A stretch of 64,000 nucleotides of DNA from Gammaproteobacteria bacterium (GTDB lineage Bacteria > Pseudomonadota > Gammaproteobacteria > Steroidobacterales > Rariloculaceae): positions 67,808-131,807 of the forward strand of contig JBJHBP010000004.1 in the NCBI GenBank assembly GCA_050485545.1, in the 5' to 3' direction. The stretch's first letter is position 1. Every line of letters begins with the position of its first letter. The position numbers were made by a program, and so were the translations under genes. Positions 10,446 through 20,932 of the stretch are shown piece after piece. The notes beneath the pieces are model-generated. The model saw nothing but the letters and a program-made list of their open reading frames with translations. It searched no databases and was not told the origin of the DNA.

Positions 10446-11645
10446 TCAGTTCGCAGGTTCCAGACGCACGATGGGGGTGGTCTGGTTGCCGCGGTGATCG
10501 ACGGCCAGATAGATGTAGCCATCCGGCCCTTCGCGCACGTCGCGAATGCGGTACTCGCCCTGCAGCAGCAGCTCCTCATGCGTCACGTTCTGCCCTTCCA
10601 CGACGGCGCGCGACAGCACCTGATGCTGCCCGGAAAGCCCGCCGGAAAATACATTGCCACGCCACTCGGGGAACTGATCACCGTTGTAGATCATCATGCC
10701 CGACACTGCGATCGACGGTGTCCAGTGCAGCGCCGGCTGCTCCATGCCGTCGCGATGCGTGTCGCGGTGAATGTTCGCGCCACCGTAGTTCACGCCGTAG
10801 CCGATGACCGGCCAGCCGTAGTTCAGGCCGGGCCGGACATGATTGAGCTCGTCACCGCCCTGCGGGCCATGCTCGTTCTGCCAGAGGTCACCGGTGACCG
10901 GATGCACCGCCATGCCCTGCTGGTTGCGGTGGCCGTAGCTCCAGATCTCCGGCAGCGCATCGGAACGGCCGACGAACGGGTTGTCCTGCGGAACCCGGCC
11001 GTCGTCATACAGACGGATGGTGGTGCCGTAGTGGTTGGTCAGGTCCTGTGACGGATGCGCCGCAAGGTCACCGGAAGGCGGTGCCTGGCGATCGCCGACG
11101 GTGATGAACAGATAGCCGTCATGATCGAAAGCCAGCCGTGAACCGTAGTGCCCGCGACCTCCGGTCCAGGCCTGCGCCTCGAAGACCTCCTCGACATCGA
11201 CGAGCCGGTCGTTGTCGAGTCGACCGCGGATCACCGCGGTAGTGCCCTGCGAACCGCCTGCTTCAGGCTTGGAATAGCTGATGTAGACCAGCTGGTTGGA
11301 CTCGAACTCCGGATGCAGCGCGATGTCCAGCAGGCCACCCTGGCCACCGACGAGAATTTCCGGCAGGCCTTCCACCTGCCTCTCCAGCAATTCCCCGTCG
11401 CGGACGATGCGAATCCGGCCCGGACGTTCCGTCACCAGAATGTCGCCGTTCGGCAGCCATTGCATGCCCCATGGATTCTGCAGCCCGTCGACCACCGTTA
11501 CGACACGGAAACTGTGGTGTTCGGATTGGTGGACCTGGGCATGCGCCAGAGAGGTCACGCCGAGCGTCAGTGCAACAGCCCCGGCGAGCGCTGAGAGCGT
11601 CAGTGCAGGGCGAGAACTGGTCGAAGCAGGATTGGATGCGGACAT
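10446..11645 (-). CDS. PQQ-dependent soluble sugar (aldose/sorbosone) dehydrogenase
   Basis: Signal peptide plus GSDH-family blocks (GLLDIALHPEF, HRNQQGMAVHPVTGDLWQNEHGPQGGDELN, LNYGWPVI). The ATG at 11645 is preceded by AAGGAG. Confidence 0.8.
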   Translation of the reverse strand: MSASNPASTSSRPALTLSALAGAVALTLGVTSLAHAQVHQSEHHSFRVVTVVDGLQNPWGMQWLPNGDILVTERPGRIRIVRDGELLERQVEGLPEILVGGQGGLLDIALHPEFESNQLVYISYSKPEAGGSQGTTAVIRGRLDNDRLVDVEEVFEAQAWTGGRGHYGSRLAFDHDGYLFITVGDRQAPPSGDLAAHPSQDLTNHYGTTIRLYDDGRVPQDNPFVGRSDALPEIWSYGHRNQQGMAVHPVTGDLWQNEHGPQGGDELNHVRPGLNYGWPVIGYGVNYGGANIHRDTHRDGMEQPALHWTPSIAVSGMMIYNGDQFPEWRGNVFSGGLSGQHQVLSRAVVEGQNVTHEELLLQGEYRIRDVREGPDGYIYLAVDHRGNQTTPIVRLEPAN

Positions 11646-11834
11646 GTGAGGCTCCTTATTCGCGGCTTCTTCGCCACTTTTGTCTGTTTGCAAACTGCGG
11701 ACGCAGGAATCCGCGTGCGCTGGCTGCGTATTATGCTCCTATGGACAGGCTGTGGCTGTCAGGGTTCCGTCTGACGCCAACGGGAGCGCATGAACGTGGG
11801 TCCGTCACCTCATGGCGGACGGCCCCGAACCCGC

Positions 11835-12704
11835 TCAGCGCAGCGCCTGCGCCATGGTTTCACCCAGCTCAGCCAGTGAGCGGACCGTCGCAACACCGGC
11901 GCGTTCCAGCGCCTGGTACTTGTCCCCGGCCGTGCCCTGCCCCCCGGAGATGATCGCCCCGGCGTGACCCATGCGCTTGCCCGGCGGCGCCGTGACACCG
12001 GCGATGTACGCCACCACGGGCTTGCTGACATGCGCGGCGATGTACTCCGCCGCCTGCTCCTCGTCGGTGCCGCCGATCTCGCCGACCATGATCATGCCCT
12101 TCGTGTCAGGGTCAGCCTCGAACAGCTCCAGGCAGTCGATGAAGTTCATGCCGCGCACCGGATCACCCCCGATGCCCACGCAGGTGGTCTGACCCAGGCC
12201 CCGTACCGTGGTCTGCGAGACGGCTTCATAGGTCAGCGTGCCTGAACGCGAGACGATGCCGATGGCCCCAGGCTGGTGAATGGCGCCCGGCATGATGCCG
12301 ATCTTGGCGCCGCCCGGGGTGATGATGCCGGGACAGTTCGGGCCGATCAGCCGGCACGGATAGTCCGCCAGTACGGCCTTTACGCGCACCATGTCGAGCA
12401 CCGGCAGGCCCTCGGTAATGCAGACGATGAGTTCGATGCCGGCATCGGCGGCTTCCAGAATCGCGTCGGCCGCGAACGGCGCCGGCACATAGATCATGCT
12501 GACCGTCGCGCCGGTCGCGCCGGCCGCCTCGGCCACCGTGTCATACACCGGCAGGTCCAGGTGCGTTTCCCCACCGCGGCCCGGCGTAACACCGGCCACC
12601 ACCTGAGTGCCGTAATCCAGGCACTGCTGTGTGTGAAAGCTGCCCTGTCTGCCGGTCAGGCCCTGGCAGATCACTTTGGTATCGGCATCGACCAGAATGC
12701 TCAC
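11835..12704 (-). CDS. sucD: Succinyl-CoA synthetase alpha subunit
   Basis: [26 protein letters not shown] and [10 protein letters not shown] motifs. The start overlaps the sucC stop (GTGA). Confidence 0.95.
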   Translation of the reverse strand: MSILVDADTKVICQGLTGRQGSFHTQQCLDYGTQVVAGVTPGRGGETHLDLPVYDTVAEAAGATGATVSMIYVPAPFAADAILEAADAGIELIVCITEGLPVLDMVRVKAVLADYPCRLIGPNCPGIITPGGAKIGIMPGAIHQPGAIGIVSRSGTLTYEAVSQTTVRGLGQTTCVGIGGDPVRGMNFIDCLELFEADPDTKGMIMVGEIGGTDEEQAAEYIAAHVSKPVVAYIAGVTAPPGKRMGHAGAIISGGQGTAGDKYQALERAGVATVRSLAELGETMAQALR

Positions 12705-13870
12705 GCTGATTCCTCCGCCAGAGACACAACCTTGCTGGCTGCGTCGGCCAGATCCTTGGCCGAAACGACTTTCATGCCACTGTCATCGAGCAGCCTGCGC
12801 CCCTGTTCGACGTTCGTGCCCTCCAGGCGCACCACCACCGGCACTCTCACGTCCGCCTCCTGCACCGCGGCGATCACGCCTTCGGCAATCAGGTCGCAGC
12901 GCACGATGCCGCCGAAGATGTTCACCAGGATTGCGCGCACCTGGTCGTTGGTGAGAATGATGCGGAAGGCTTCGGTTACGCGCTCGGCCGTCGCGCCGCC
13001 ACCGACGTCGAGGAAGTTGGCGGGGTCGCCGCCATGCAGCTTGATCAGGTCCATGGTCGCCATGGCAAGGCCGGCGCCATTGACCATGCAGGCGATGTTG
13101 CCGTCCAGTGATACATAGCTCAGGTCGTGCTCGCGGGCACGGCGTTCGCGCTCGTCTTCCTGTGCCGAATCGCGCTGTGCGGCCAGTTTCTTCTGCCGGA
13201 ACAGCGCGTTGTCTTCAACGGTGATCTTCGCGTCCAGCGCCATCAGCGAACCGTCGGTCCTGACGATCAGCGGGTTGATCTCGACGAGGCTCGCATCACA
13301 TTCTTCGAACAGCTTCGTGAGCTTTCTCAGCAGATCGCGGAACGGCCCGACCTGGCTCCTGTCCAGGCCCAGACCGAAGGCCAGCCGGCGCGCCTGGTAG
13401 TCGACCAGACCGGCAGCCGGGTGAATGGTGGTGCCATGAATCTGTTCCGGGGTATCCGCGGCCACCTTCTCGATGTCCATGCCCCCGGCCGCCGACGCGA
13501 TGATCGCGACGCGCTCCGCGGCCCGATCGACCAGCAGGCTCAGATACAGCTCGCGCTCGATGTCCGACCCGCATTCCACGTACACGCAGTCCACCGGCAT
13601 GCCTTCCGGGCCGCTCTGGTGGGTGACCAGCCTGGTGCCCAGCATGCCCTCGGCCGCTTCAGCCGCCTCCGCCGGCGAACGAACCAGCTTCACGCCGCCC
13701 GCCTTGCCACGACCGCCTGCGTGCACCTGGGCCTTCACGACCCACAGTGATCCACCCAGCGCTTCGGCGGCGCCCCTGGCCTCTTCGGCAGTGTGTGCGA
13801 CCCGGCCTTCCGGCACGGGGATCCCGTATTCGGCGAATAACGCCTTCGATTGGTATTCGTGGAGGTTCAA
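12701..13870 (-). CDS. sucC: Succinyl-CoA synthetase beta subunit
   Basis: The canonical N-terminus (M)[19 protein letters not shown] is obtained from the TTG at 13868-13870. The upstream 20 codons of the tracked ORF have no counterpart in SucC proteins. Confidence 0.93.
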   Translation of the reverse strand: MNLHEYQSKALFAEYGIPVPEGRVAHTAEEARGAAEALGGSLWVVKAQVHAGGRGKAGGVKLVRSPAEAAEAAEGMLGTRLVTHQSGPEGMPVDCVYVECGSDIERELYLSLLVDRAAERVAIIASAAGGMDIEKVAADTPEQIHGTTIHPAAGLVDYQARRLAFGLGLDRSQVGPFRDLLRKLTKLFEECDASLVEINPLIVRTDGSLMALDAKITVEDNALFRQKKLAAQRDSAQEDERERRAREHDLSYVSLDGNIACMVNGAGLAMATMDLIKLHGGDPANFLDVGGGATAERVTEAFRIILTNDQVRAILVNIFGGIVRCDLIAEGVIAAVQEADVRVPVVVRLEGTNVEQGRRLLDDSGMKVVSAKDLADAASKVVSLAEESA

Positions 13871-14051
13871 GCGATTCCCCAGCCTGAGCGCGGAGCCCGG
13901 CATTTTCCACGAATAGGGGGGAGTGCGCAAAGCGAATCGGGTTGACCGGGTGCTCGGGTAGCGTTGGGGGGTGGGGTGAAGGGCGTGGTGTTGCGCTTCC
14001 GATATAATCGGTGACCGCTCCGAAACGTTGCCCCCAGAGAAGGTTCAAGCC

Positions 14052-15440
14052 ATGAGCACAGCCGAACGCGCCGCCCCGCAATCCGAAATCCAGTCGCTGG
14101 TGGCGCGCGCGCGCGCCGCCCAGGCGGTCTACGAGCGATTCACCCAGGAGCAGGTGGATGCCATCGTCCGGGACATCGGCAAGTACGTGTATGACAACGC
14201 CGAGGCGCTGGCGCGCATGGCCGTGGACGAAAGCGGCATGGGCTCGTGTGAAGACAAGACCCTTAAGAACAAGGGCAAGGCGCGCATCATCTGGAACAGC
14301 CTGAAAGACAAGAAGTCGCGCGGCATCATCGGCGAGGATCGCACGGCCAATGTGATTTTCGTGGCCAAACCGATGGGTGTCGTCGGCGCGGTCACGCCGG
14401 TCACCAACCCGATCGTGACGCCGATGTGCAACGGCATGTTCGCGCTCAAAACCGGCAATGCGATGATCTTCGCACCGCACCCCAAGGCCCAGAAGTGTGC
14501 CGCCCACCTCACGCGCGAGTTCATGAAAATCGTCAGGCAACACGGTGGTCCGGACGATCTGGTGCAGTCCATCACCGATGGCTCGGTGGACAAGACCCGG
14601 GAACTGATGCGCTCGGTGGACGTGGTCGTTGCCACCGGCGGCCCCGCGATGGTGAAGTCAGCGTATTCATCCGGCAAACCGTCGCTGGGCGTGGGTCCTG
14701 GCAACGTGCCGGTGATCATCGACCGCGATGCGGACCTGAAAGACGCGGTGGAAAAGATCGTGGCCGGAGCGTCTTTCGACAACGGCATCATCTGCTCGCA
14801 TGAGCAGTTCGTGCTGACGCCGGAAGACAGATATGAAGACACGCTGGAGCAGTTTCTGGCCACCGGCAAAGTCTGGTTCACCGACGATGAGGCGCAGGTC
14901 CAGAAGCTGCGTGAAGTCGTCTTTCCCGACGGACAGATGAACAGGGATGCCGTGGGCCAGTCGGCCAGGGCCATCGCCGCCATGGCCGGCATCGACATTC
15001 CCGACTCGGTGCGACTGATCCTGCTGCCGGCCCGCGGCGCCGGCGAGGCCGATATTCTCGCCAGGGAAAAGCTCTGCCCGGTGATCGCAATCCTGCCTTA
15101 CGGCACTTTCGATCAGGCGGTGCAGGAGGCGAAGGCCAACCTGCTGCTTGAAGGCGCCGGCCATTCGGCCGCGCTGCACTCCAACACCGAAGACCACATC
15201 CGCGCCGCGGGCGTTGCCCTGCCGGTCAGCCGGCTGGTCGTCAACCAGGCCTGTGCGCTCACGGCCGGCGGCTCGCTGACCAACGGCCTGGCCGCGACCA
15301 CAACGCTGGGCTGCGGATCGTGGGGGAACAACTCGATCTCCGAGAACCTCGACTACAGGCACCTGATGAATGTGTCACGCATCGGCAAGCTGATCACGGA
15401 CATCAAAGTTCCCAGCGACGACGAGATCTGGGCGGCATGA
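14052..15440 (+). CDS. CoA-acylating aldehyde dehydrogenase (EutE/AdhE-N/SucD-of-Clostridium type)
   Basis: ALDH-superfamily protein of the acylating branch (VAKPMGVVGAVTPVTNP, ATGGPAMVKSAYSSGKP, FDNGIICSHEQ). The ATG at 14052 is preceded by GAGAAGG. Confidence 0.75.
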   Translation: MSTAERAAPQSEIQSLVARARAAQAVYERFTQEQVDAIVRDIGKYVYDNAEALARMAVDESGMGSCEDKTLKNKGKARIIWNSLKDKKSRGIIGEDRTANVIFVAKPMGVVGAVTPVTNPIVTPMCNGMFALKTGNAMIFAPHPKAQKCAAHLTREFMKIVRQHGGPDDLVQSITDGSVDKTRELMRSVDVVVATGGPAMVKSAYSSGKPSLGVGPGNVPVIIDRDADLKDAVEKIVAGASFDNGIICSHEQFVLTPEDRYEDTLEQFLATGKVWFTDDEAQVQKLREVVFPDGQMNRDAVGQSARAIAAMAGIDIPDSVRLILLPARGAGEADILAREKLCPVIAILPYGTFDQAVQEAKANLLLEGAGHSAALHSNTEDHIRAAGVALPVSRLVVNQACALTAGGSLTNGLAATTTLGCGSWGNNSISENLDYRHLMNVSRIGKLITDIKVPSDDEIWAA

Positions 15441-15455
15441 CGACCGGGTGGCGCC

Positions 15456-15845
15456 GTGACCGCGCAGGATGACCCGGAGCTGACCGTCTACTACGACGGT
15501 GCCTGTCCGCGTTGCGTCCATGAACGTGCCCGCTACGAGACGCTGTCCGGCGATCATGGTGAGAAGGTCGCCTGGACGGACATCACCGGCCGCGACGAGG
15601 ACCTGCGACGCCTGGGCATCGACCCCGATGATGCGATGCGTGAACTGCATGTGCGCGACAGCAACGGCCAGGTTCATCGCGAATTGGATGCCTACATCCT
15701 GCTCATGGGCAGGGTCCGTTTGCTGAAACCGCTGGCCTGGCTGATCGGCCTGCCCGGCATCCGCGGCATGCTGTCGCGCCTCTATCGGATGTGGGTGCTG
15801 CGCAGATTGCGGCGCGCCGGACGAATTCATGGGGAACAGGATTGA
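15456..15845 (+). CDS. Thiol-disulfide oxidoreductase DCC family protein (DUF393)
   Basis: N-terminal VYYDGACPRC motif and a size of about 129 aa typical of DCC proteins. GTG start. Confidence 0.75.
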   Translation: MTAQDDPELTVYYDGACPRCVHERARYETLSGDHGEKVAWTDITGRDEDLRRLGIDPDDAMRELHVRDSNGQVHRELDAYILLMGRVRLLKPLAWLIGLPGIRGMLSRLYRMWVLRRLRRAGRIHGEQD

Positions 15846-16756
15846 TCGTTCGACCCCGTCCCGGCTGGGGCAGATTGCTGTTCGTGATGCAGGGCTCGAT
15901 CCTGCCGCGCATCCTGCCGCACATCATCGGCTTCTCGCTGTACGCTGCCCTTGTGACCTTCGCAGTACTGCAATGGGACTGGGCCACCGGCCTGGGACAG
16001 ATCGGCGCCACGCCGTTTCTGCTGCTTGGTGTGGCGCTGTCCCTGTATCTGGGCTTTCGCAACAACGCTGCCTATGACCGCTGGTGGGAGGCACGCCGGC
16101 TTTGGGGCCAGCTGATCCATGGCAGCCGCAATCTTTCTCGCGCAGTGATGGCCATCGTGCCGGAGGGTCCGGAACGACGCGCACTGCTGATGGAAACACT
16201 GGCCTTCGCGCACCTGCTGCGCGGCGAGCTGCGCAAGGTCGACACCGCGGATGACGCGCGCCGCTTTGCGCCAAAGACGGTGGATGCCGTCGTCAATTCG
16301 CTGAACCGCTCGAACGCGATGCTGCACCGTATGGGCATGCGGATCGCCCACCTGAAGCGCGCCGGCACGATCAGCGACATCGACTTTCGCATTCTGGATG
16401 AGCGACTGGCCGGCTTTGGAATCATGCAGGCCGGCTGCGAGCGCATTTCCAATACACCGCTGCCGTTCGCCTACACACTGCTGCTGCAGCGTTCGGCCTT
16501 CGCCTTCTGTGCTCTGCTGCCCTTCGCGCTGGCGGCGACCGCCGGCTGGGCGACGGTGCTGTTCACTGCGCTGATCGCCTACTGCTTCTTTGGTCTTGAT
16601 GAACTGTCGCAGGAGCTCGAGGATCCGTTCGGCGACGAAGCCAACGATCTGGCGCTGGATGCGCTGTGTCGTGTATGCGAGATTTCGATGTTCGAAGCAC
16701 TCGGCGAGGCGCCGCCCGATCTGCCCGCGCCCAGCGAGGGGTTTTACTTTTCCTGA
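15842..16756 (+). CDS. Bestrophin-family (UPF0187/YneE-like) anion channel
   Basis: The TTG at 15842 gives (M)IVRPRPGWGRLLFVMQGSILPRI, the usual bacterial bestrophin N-terminus. RNNAAYDRWWEARRLWG motif present. The start overlaps the DCC stop (TTGA). Confidence 0.75.
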   Translation: MIVRPRPGWGRLLFVMQGSILPRILPHIIGFSLYAALVTFAVLQWDWATGLGQIGATPFLLLGVALSLYLGFRNNAAYDRWWEARRLWGQLIHGSRNLSRAVMAIVPEGPERRALLMETLAFAHLLRGELRKVDTADDARRFAPKTVDAVVNSLNRSNAMLHRMGMRIAHLKRAGTISDIDFRILDERLAGFGIMQAGCERISNTPLPFAYTLLLQRSAFAFCALLPFALAATAGWATVLFTALIAYCFFGLDELSQELEDPFGDEANDLALDALCRVCEISMFEALGEAPPDLPAPSEGFYFS

Positions 16757-16815
16757 TTCCGGGGCAGGATCGGGACACAACAGGTTACAAGAACAAGTTT
16801 CCCGGGGAGGGATCG

Positions 16816-17688
16816 ATGAACCGCAGACAATTGATGCTCGCTCTTGGTGCGACGCTGGCACTGACGCAACGCGCGGCCGCACAGCAGAACGCGTTCTCCG
16901 GCCTTGCGCAGGGACGCCTGAAGCAGAGTGTGATGCCTCAGGTCTGGGGCAGACTGAACCTGACCATCGAGGAGCGCTGCCGCATCCTTGCGCAGATGGG
17001 CTTCGTCGCGATGGATCTGCCGCAACCCGCCGAAGTGCCGGTGCTCAGGGACCATGGCCTGACCCCGGCGATGATGACGGGCACCGGTACCACATTCGAG
17101 GATGGCCTGGTGCGCCGCGAGCTGCATTCACAGATCTACGACGCAACCATGGCGGGCATCGACATGTGCGCGGAGCTGGGATGCCCGAACCTGATCGCGC
17201 TGCCGGGTGAACGCCGCGGCATGTCCCGCGAGGAAGGCGCGGACAATACAGTCGAGATCCTGTCCCGGGTGGCCGGCCATGCCGAGCAGCGCGGCGTCAC
17301 GCTGTGCATGGAGAACACGAACTCGAAAGTGGCATCGGACGGTCGCACCGATCAGACGTTCGACCGCATCGAGTGGGGTTTCGATGTCTGCCGCCGCGTC
17401 GGTTCACCGAACGTGAAGATCGTTTACGACTTCTACCACGCGCAGATCATGGACGGCGATGTCACGCGCAATTTCCTCGACAACCTGGATCTGATCTGCC
17501 ACCTGCATGTGGCGGGCGTTCCCACACGTGCCGAAATCGACGACACCCAGGAAGTTAACTATCGCTTCATCGCGAAGGCTGTTGCCGACTCCGGCTACGA
17601 CGGCTTCATCGCGCATGAGCACACGCCATCGCCCGGCCGCAACCCGCTCGTCAGTCTCGCCGTCGGCTACGACATCCTCACTGTCTGA
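16816..17688 (+). CDS. Xylose-isomerase-like TIM-barrel protein (hydroxypyruvate isomerase family) with Tat-type signal
   Basis: MNRRQLMLALGATLALTQRAAA signal, then TIM-barrel sugar-phosphate isomerase/epimerase-like blocks (LCMENTNS, HLHVAG, IAHEH). GGGGAGG SD. Confidence 0.65.
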   Translation: MNRRQLMLALGATLALTQRAAAQQNAFSGLAQGRLKQSVMPQVWGRLNLTIEERCRILAQMGFVAMDLPQPAEVPVLRDHGLTPAMMTGTGTTFEDGLVRRELHSQIYDATMAGIDMCAELGCPNLIALPGERRGMSREEGADNTVEILSRVAGHAEQRGVTLCMENTNSKVASDGRTDQTFDRIEWGFDVCRRVGSPNVKIVYDFYHAQIMDGDVTRNFLDNLDLICHLHVAGVPTRAEIDDTQEVNYRFIAKAVADSGYDGFIAHEHTPSPGRNPLVSLAVGYDILTV

Positions 17689-18335
17689 CTGTCCCGGTAG
17701 TGCAGGCCGTCGCGGTAGCCCGGCGCGGATTCGCGGGCTTCGGGTACGTACAGGCGCTGCCAGTTGCGGAAGGCGGCCGCACGCAGCGTACGGCGCTGAC
17801 GGCGCAGTCCACTGCGCACCGGCCGCTTGCCGAACAGCAGCATGGCGACGGAGATTGCGGCGACATCGAGATCCACACGCATCCAGCGGCCGCGCGCAAG
17901 CCCTGACACATAGCGCTCGTCGAGAAAGCGCGACAGTCGCACACCGGTGCCGGCGAATATCTGTGCCAGACCGGTAATGCCCGGACGCACCCGCCAGCGG
18001 GCCAGATCGCCATCCCAGCCCAGACGGACCACATCCGCGGCTGTAAGCGGCCGCGGTCCGATCAGGCTCATGTCACCGCGCAGTACATTGATCAGCTGCG
18101 GCAGTTCGTCGAGCCCGGTGCGCCTCAGCCACTCGCCGCGCCGGGTCACCTGTCCGTCACGCATCGTGCGGAACTTGAAAATGCGATAGGGACGCTGCGC
18201 CCGTCCCAGCCGGATCTGCGTGAACAGCACAGGGCCGCGGTCGTCCAGCCTGATCGCCAGCGCGATCAGCGCGAAAACGGGCGCCAGACCCATAAGGGCC
18301 ACCAGCGCCACAATCAGGTCCGTGAGTCTCTTCAT
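17667..18335 (-). CDS. Bacterial sugar transferase (polyprenyl-phosphate glycosyl-1-phosphate transferase, small PglC/WbaP-C type)
   Basis: MKRLTDLIVALVALMGLAPVFALIALAIRLDDRGPVLFTQIRLGR...FKFRTM...DELPQLINVLRGDMSLIGPRP is the Bac_transf signature. Confidence 0.85.
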   Translation of the reverse strand: MKRLTDLIVALVALMGLAPVFALIALAIRLDDRGPVLFTQIRLGRAQRPYRIFKFRTMRDGQVTRRGEWLRRTGLDELPQLINVLRGDMSLIGPRPLTAADVVRLGWDGDLARWRVRPGITGLAQIFAGTGVRLSRFLDERYVSGLARGRWMRVDLDVAAISVAMLLFGKRPVRSGLRRQRRTLRAAAFRNWQRLYVPEARESAPGYRDGLHYRDSQTVRMS

Positions 18336-18480
18336 GGTGTTGCCGCTCCATCGCGTTACTGATGGGCAGATTGCAGGCCGATTCGGGCAACACGCTGGCG
18401 CAATTGTGGTGAATCATGGCGGACGCGCGGAGCCATCGCGGTGGGTCGCGAAAAATTGCCGGAACACTATACTTGCGCGC

Positions 18481-19278
18481 ATGAAACTCTATTCGTGGAA
18501 CGTCAACGGCATCCGCGCCGTGATCAGGAAGGGCACATTTCAGAAATTCGTCGCCGAGCATCAGCCGGACATTCTCTGCCTTCAGGAGACCAAGGCCTCG
18601 CAGGGGCAGGCCGAGATCGATCTGCCCGAGTATCACGAGTTCTGGAACTCGGCCGTGAAGAAAGGCTATTCGGGCACGGCCATCTTCACAAAGTCCGAGC
18701 CCCTCAAAGTGAGCAACGATTTTCCCGTCGCCGTCACGGGGAAGTTCAGTTTCACGGACGACAAGGATCGCGATGCGCTGACTGAAGGGCGCGTCATCAC
18801 CGCGGAATTCGACGACTTTCATGTCGTGACGGTGTACACGCCCAATGCCAAGGAAGACCTCTCGCGTCTCGACCTGCGCTATGGGCACTGGGATCCGGCC
18901 TTCCTCGCCTACATGAAACGGCTCGACAGGAAGAAGCCCGTTGTTTTCTGCGGCGATCTCAATGTTGCCCATACCGAGCTGGACCTTGCCAACCCGAAAC
19001 CCAACCGCGGCAAGAAGGGTTTTACCGACGAGGAGCGCGAGGGTTTCCAGAACTTCGTCGACGCCGGCTTCGTCGATACGTTCCGACTCTTCACACAGGG
19101 CAATGGCCACTATTCGTGGTGGTCGCACTTCGCCAATTCACGTGCACGCAACGTGGGATGGAGAATCGACTACGTACTCGTATCCGCTGCGATCTCGGAG
19201 CAGGTGAAAGCAGCGCGCATCCATGCCGATGTGCTGGGCTCCGATCACTGCCCGGTCAGTATCGAGATCGAGCTGTAG
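18481..19278 (+). CDS. xth: Exodeoxyribonuclease III
   Basis: MKLYSWNVNGIRAV N-terminus, LCLQETK, GDLNVAH, and a SDHCPV C-terminal motif. Confidence 0.92.
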   Translation: MKLYSWNVNGIRAVIRKGTFQKFVAEHQPDILCLQETKASQGQAEIDLPEYHEFWNSAVKKGYSGTAIFTKSEPLKVSNDFPVAVTGKFSFTDDKDRDALTEGRVITAEFDDFHVVTVYTPNAKEDLSRLDLRYGHWDPAFLAYMKRLDRKKPVVFCGDLNVAHTELDLANPKPNRGKKGFTDEEREGFQNFVDAGFVDTFRLFTQGNGHYSWWSHFANSRARNVGWRIDYVLVSAAISEQVKAARIHADVLGSDHCPVSIEIEL

Positions 19279-19337
19279 GCCGGGGACCGGATCCTGGCAG
19301 CCTGCCAGCCTGGCGGATCCAGGCTCGGCTACTGCGC

Positions 19338-20813
19338 TCAACGATAACGCGCCGCGATCTCCTCCAGCCGCGCATCCAGCGTGGCGCGATCGAGCCAGTG
19401 GCCGCGTACCATTACGCCTTCGGGCCACGCCAGCGCGTCGAGATCCTGGAGCGGATTACCCGCTACCAGAATCAGATCGGCCGCAAGGCCCTCGCGTATC
19501 GTGCCGAACTCGTCCACGGCATCGAAGAAGATTGCCGGATTCGCGGTGCCGGTACGAAGCACTTCATAGGGCGTGAGGCCGGCGGCCACCATGGTGGCGA
19601 TCTCGTGATGCAGCGAAAAGCCGGGCACGTTGAATACCTGCGGCGCGTCCGAGCCCAGCAGCAGGCCGGCATCGCCATCATGCAGCGCCTTGATGATCTG
19701 CTGCCGCACCTCGACAAGCGCGCGACCCCGCTCGGCGCTGTAGTCCGGCGCATTGACCATCTGACGTTTCGAATTGGCCCACTGCGTGCGTGTCTGCTGT
19801 GAAACGTAGGCCATCTCCGGGCGCGCAAGCAGCTCGTCGAGTGTGGGTGTCGGCGCCGGCCAGTGCTCGATCAGGGTCTGCGTGGGCACGTTCCACGCGC
19901 CGGCCGCGACCGTCGCGGCAACGAGATCCGGCAGCCGCTCCATGTCCACGGCCTCAGCCAGATTGAAACCGAAAAAGCCCGCATTGCCACGCTGCCCCTC
20001 GGGCACCAGCGCTTCGACGTAGCCATCAAGATGATCGATGGTGACCTGGCCGGCCTCCAGCGCGCGCAGCAGGCCCACATCGGCCGGGACGTGGCCGGCC
20101 AGCGTGATGCCGCGCTCCGCGCCCGCCTGCGCGGCCGCATCGTAGGCGGCGCGTGTGGGCCCAGGATGCACCTTGACGAAATCGTAACCGGCGTCGGCCT
20201 GCTCCCGGACCAGGCGCGCCGTCGCCTGTGGCACCGTGGCGTTCTGGCCGCTCAGCGAGGGACCGGAGGTATACAGCCGCGGCCCGAGGACTTCGTGCTG
20301 CGCGAGCTGCTCGCGCAACGCCAGGTGTGACGGCTGACCGAGCATGCCGCGCGCCGTGGTAACGCCCTTCGCCACATAGAGAAACAGCACTTCCTCCAGA
20401 TAGCGGCGATCGCCGTCGCCCGGCACATGGGCGTGCATTTCCGCCAGACCCGGCACGAGGTAGCGCCCGGCGCCATCAATCACGCGCGCGCCATCCGGAA
20501 TCGCCACGTCGGCGGACGGACCGATACGCTCGATGCGCTCGCCTCGCACGACGACGGTCTGCCCCTGAAGCACGGTTTCGCCCACGGTATCCATCGGGAT
20601 GACGGCGACATCGCGAAACACCGTGGCCTGATCGCGAAACACCGTGATCTGCTGCGCGGCGGCGGGCTGGCCGGCCAGCAACGCGGCCCCGAGCAGCGCC
20701 CCGAGCAGCGTGCCCGGCCTGACCCCGAGTTGGGCCCTGAGTTGGGCCCCGAGCCCGGGCCGAGGTCTGGCGTCAGACCTGGCCGGATGAACGGATGAGG
20801 ATCGGGATTTCAT
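19338..20813 (-). CDS. Secreted amidohydrolase family protein (metal-dependent hydrolase)
   Basis: Signal-like N-terminus from the ATG at 20813, then the GLAEMHAHVPGDGD metal-binding motif and Amidohydro_1-like C-terminal blocks (GSDAPQVFNVPGFSLHHE, ADLILVAGNPL). Confidence 0.75.
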   Translation of the reverse strand: MKSRSSSVHPARSDARPRPGLGAQLRAQLGVRPGTLLGALLGAALLAGQPAAAQQITVFRDQATVFRDVAVIPMDTVGETVLQGQTVVVRGERIERIGPSADVAIPDGARVIDGAGRYLVPGLAEMHAHVPGDGDRRYLEEVLFLYVAKGVTTARGMLGQPSHLALREQLAQHEVLGPRLYTSGPSLSGQNATVPQATARLVREQADAGYDFVKVHPGPTRAAYDAAAQAGAERGITLAGHVPADVGLLRALEAGQVTIDHLDGYVEALVPEGQRGNAGFFGFNLAEAVDMERLPDLVAATVAAGAWNVPTQTLIEHWPAPTPTLDELLARPEMAYVSQQTRTQWANSKRQMVNAPDYSAERGRALVEVRQQIIKALHDGDAGLLLGSDAPQVFNVPGFSLHHEIATMVAAGLTPYEVLRTGTANPAIFFDAVDEFGTIREGLAADLILVAGNPLQDLDALAWPEGVMVRGHWLDRATLDARLEEIAARYR

Positions 20814-20932
20814 ATCAGACCTCCTGCTCCACCTGACTGTCCGCAGAGGCAATATAGCAGTGCCGGCCTCGCAACGAGGCACAGCGGCCGACACGGTCGG
20901 CTGTGTGGCAGGATGTGACGATTGAGGTACCG

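Noticed and set aside
13871-13930. The longer N-terminus of sucC, and similarly extended tracked ORFs: 4584-5678, 57495-59609, 39964-41556, 19338-20963, 18220-19278, 16666-17688.
   Set aside because: The extensions overlap upstream genes or add residues with no counterpart in the respective families. Internal starts restore the canonical N-termini, usually with an SD or with start/stop coupling.
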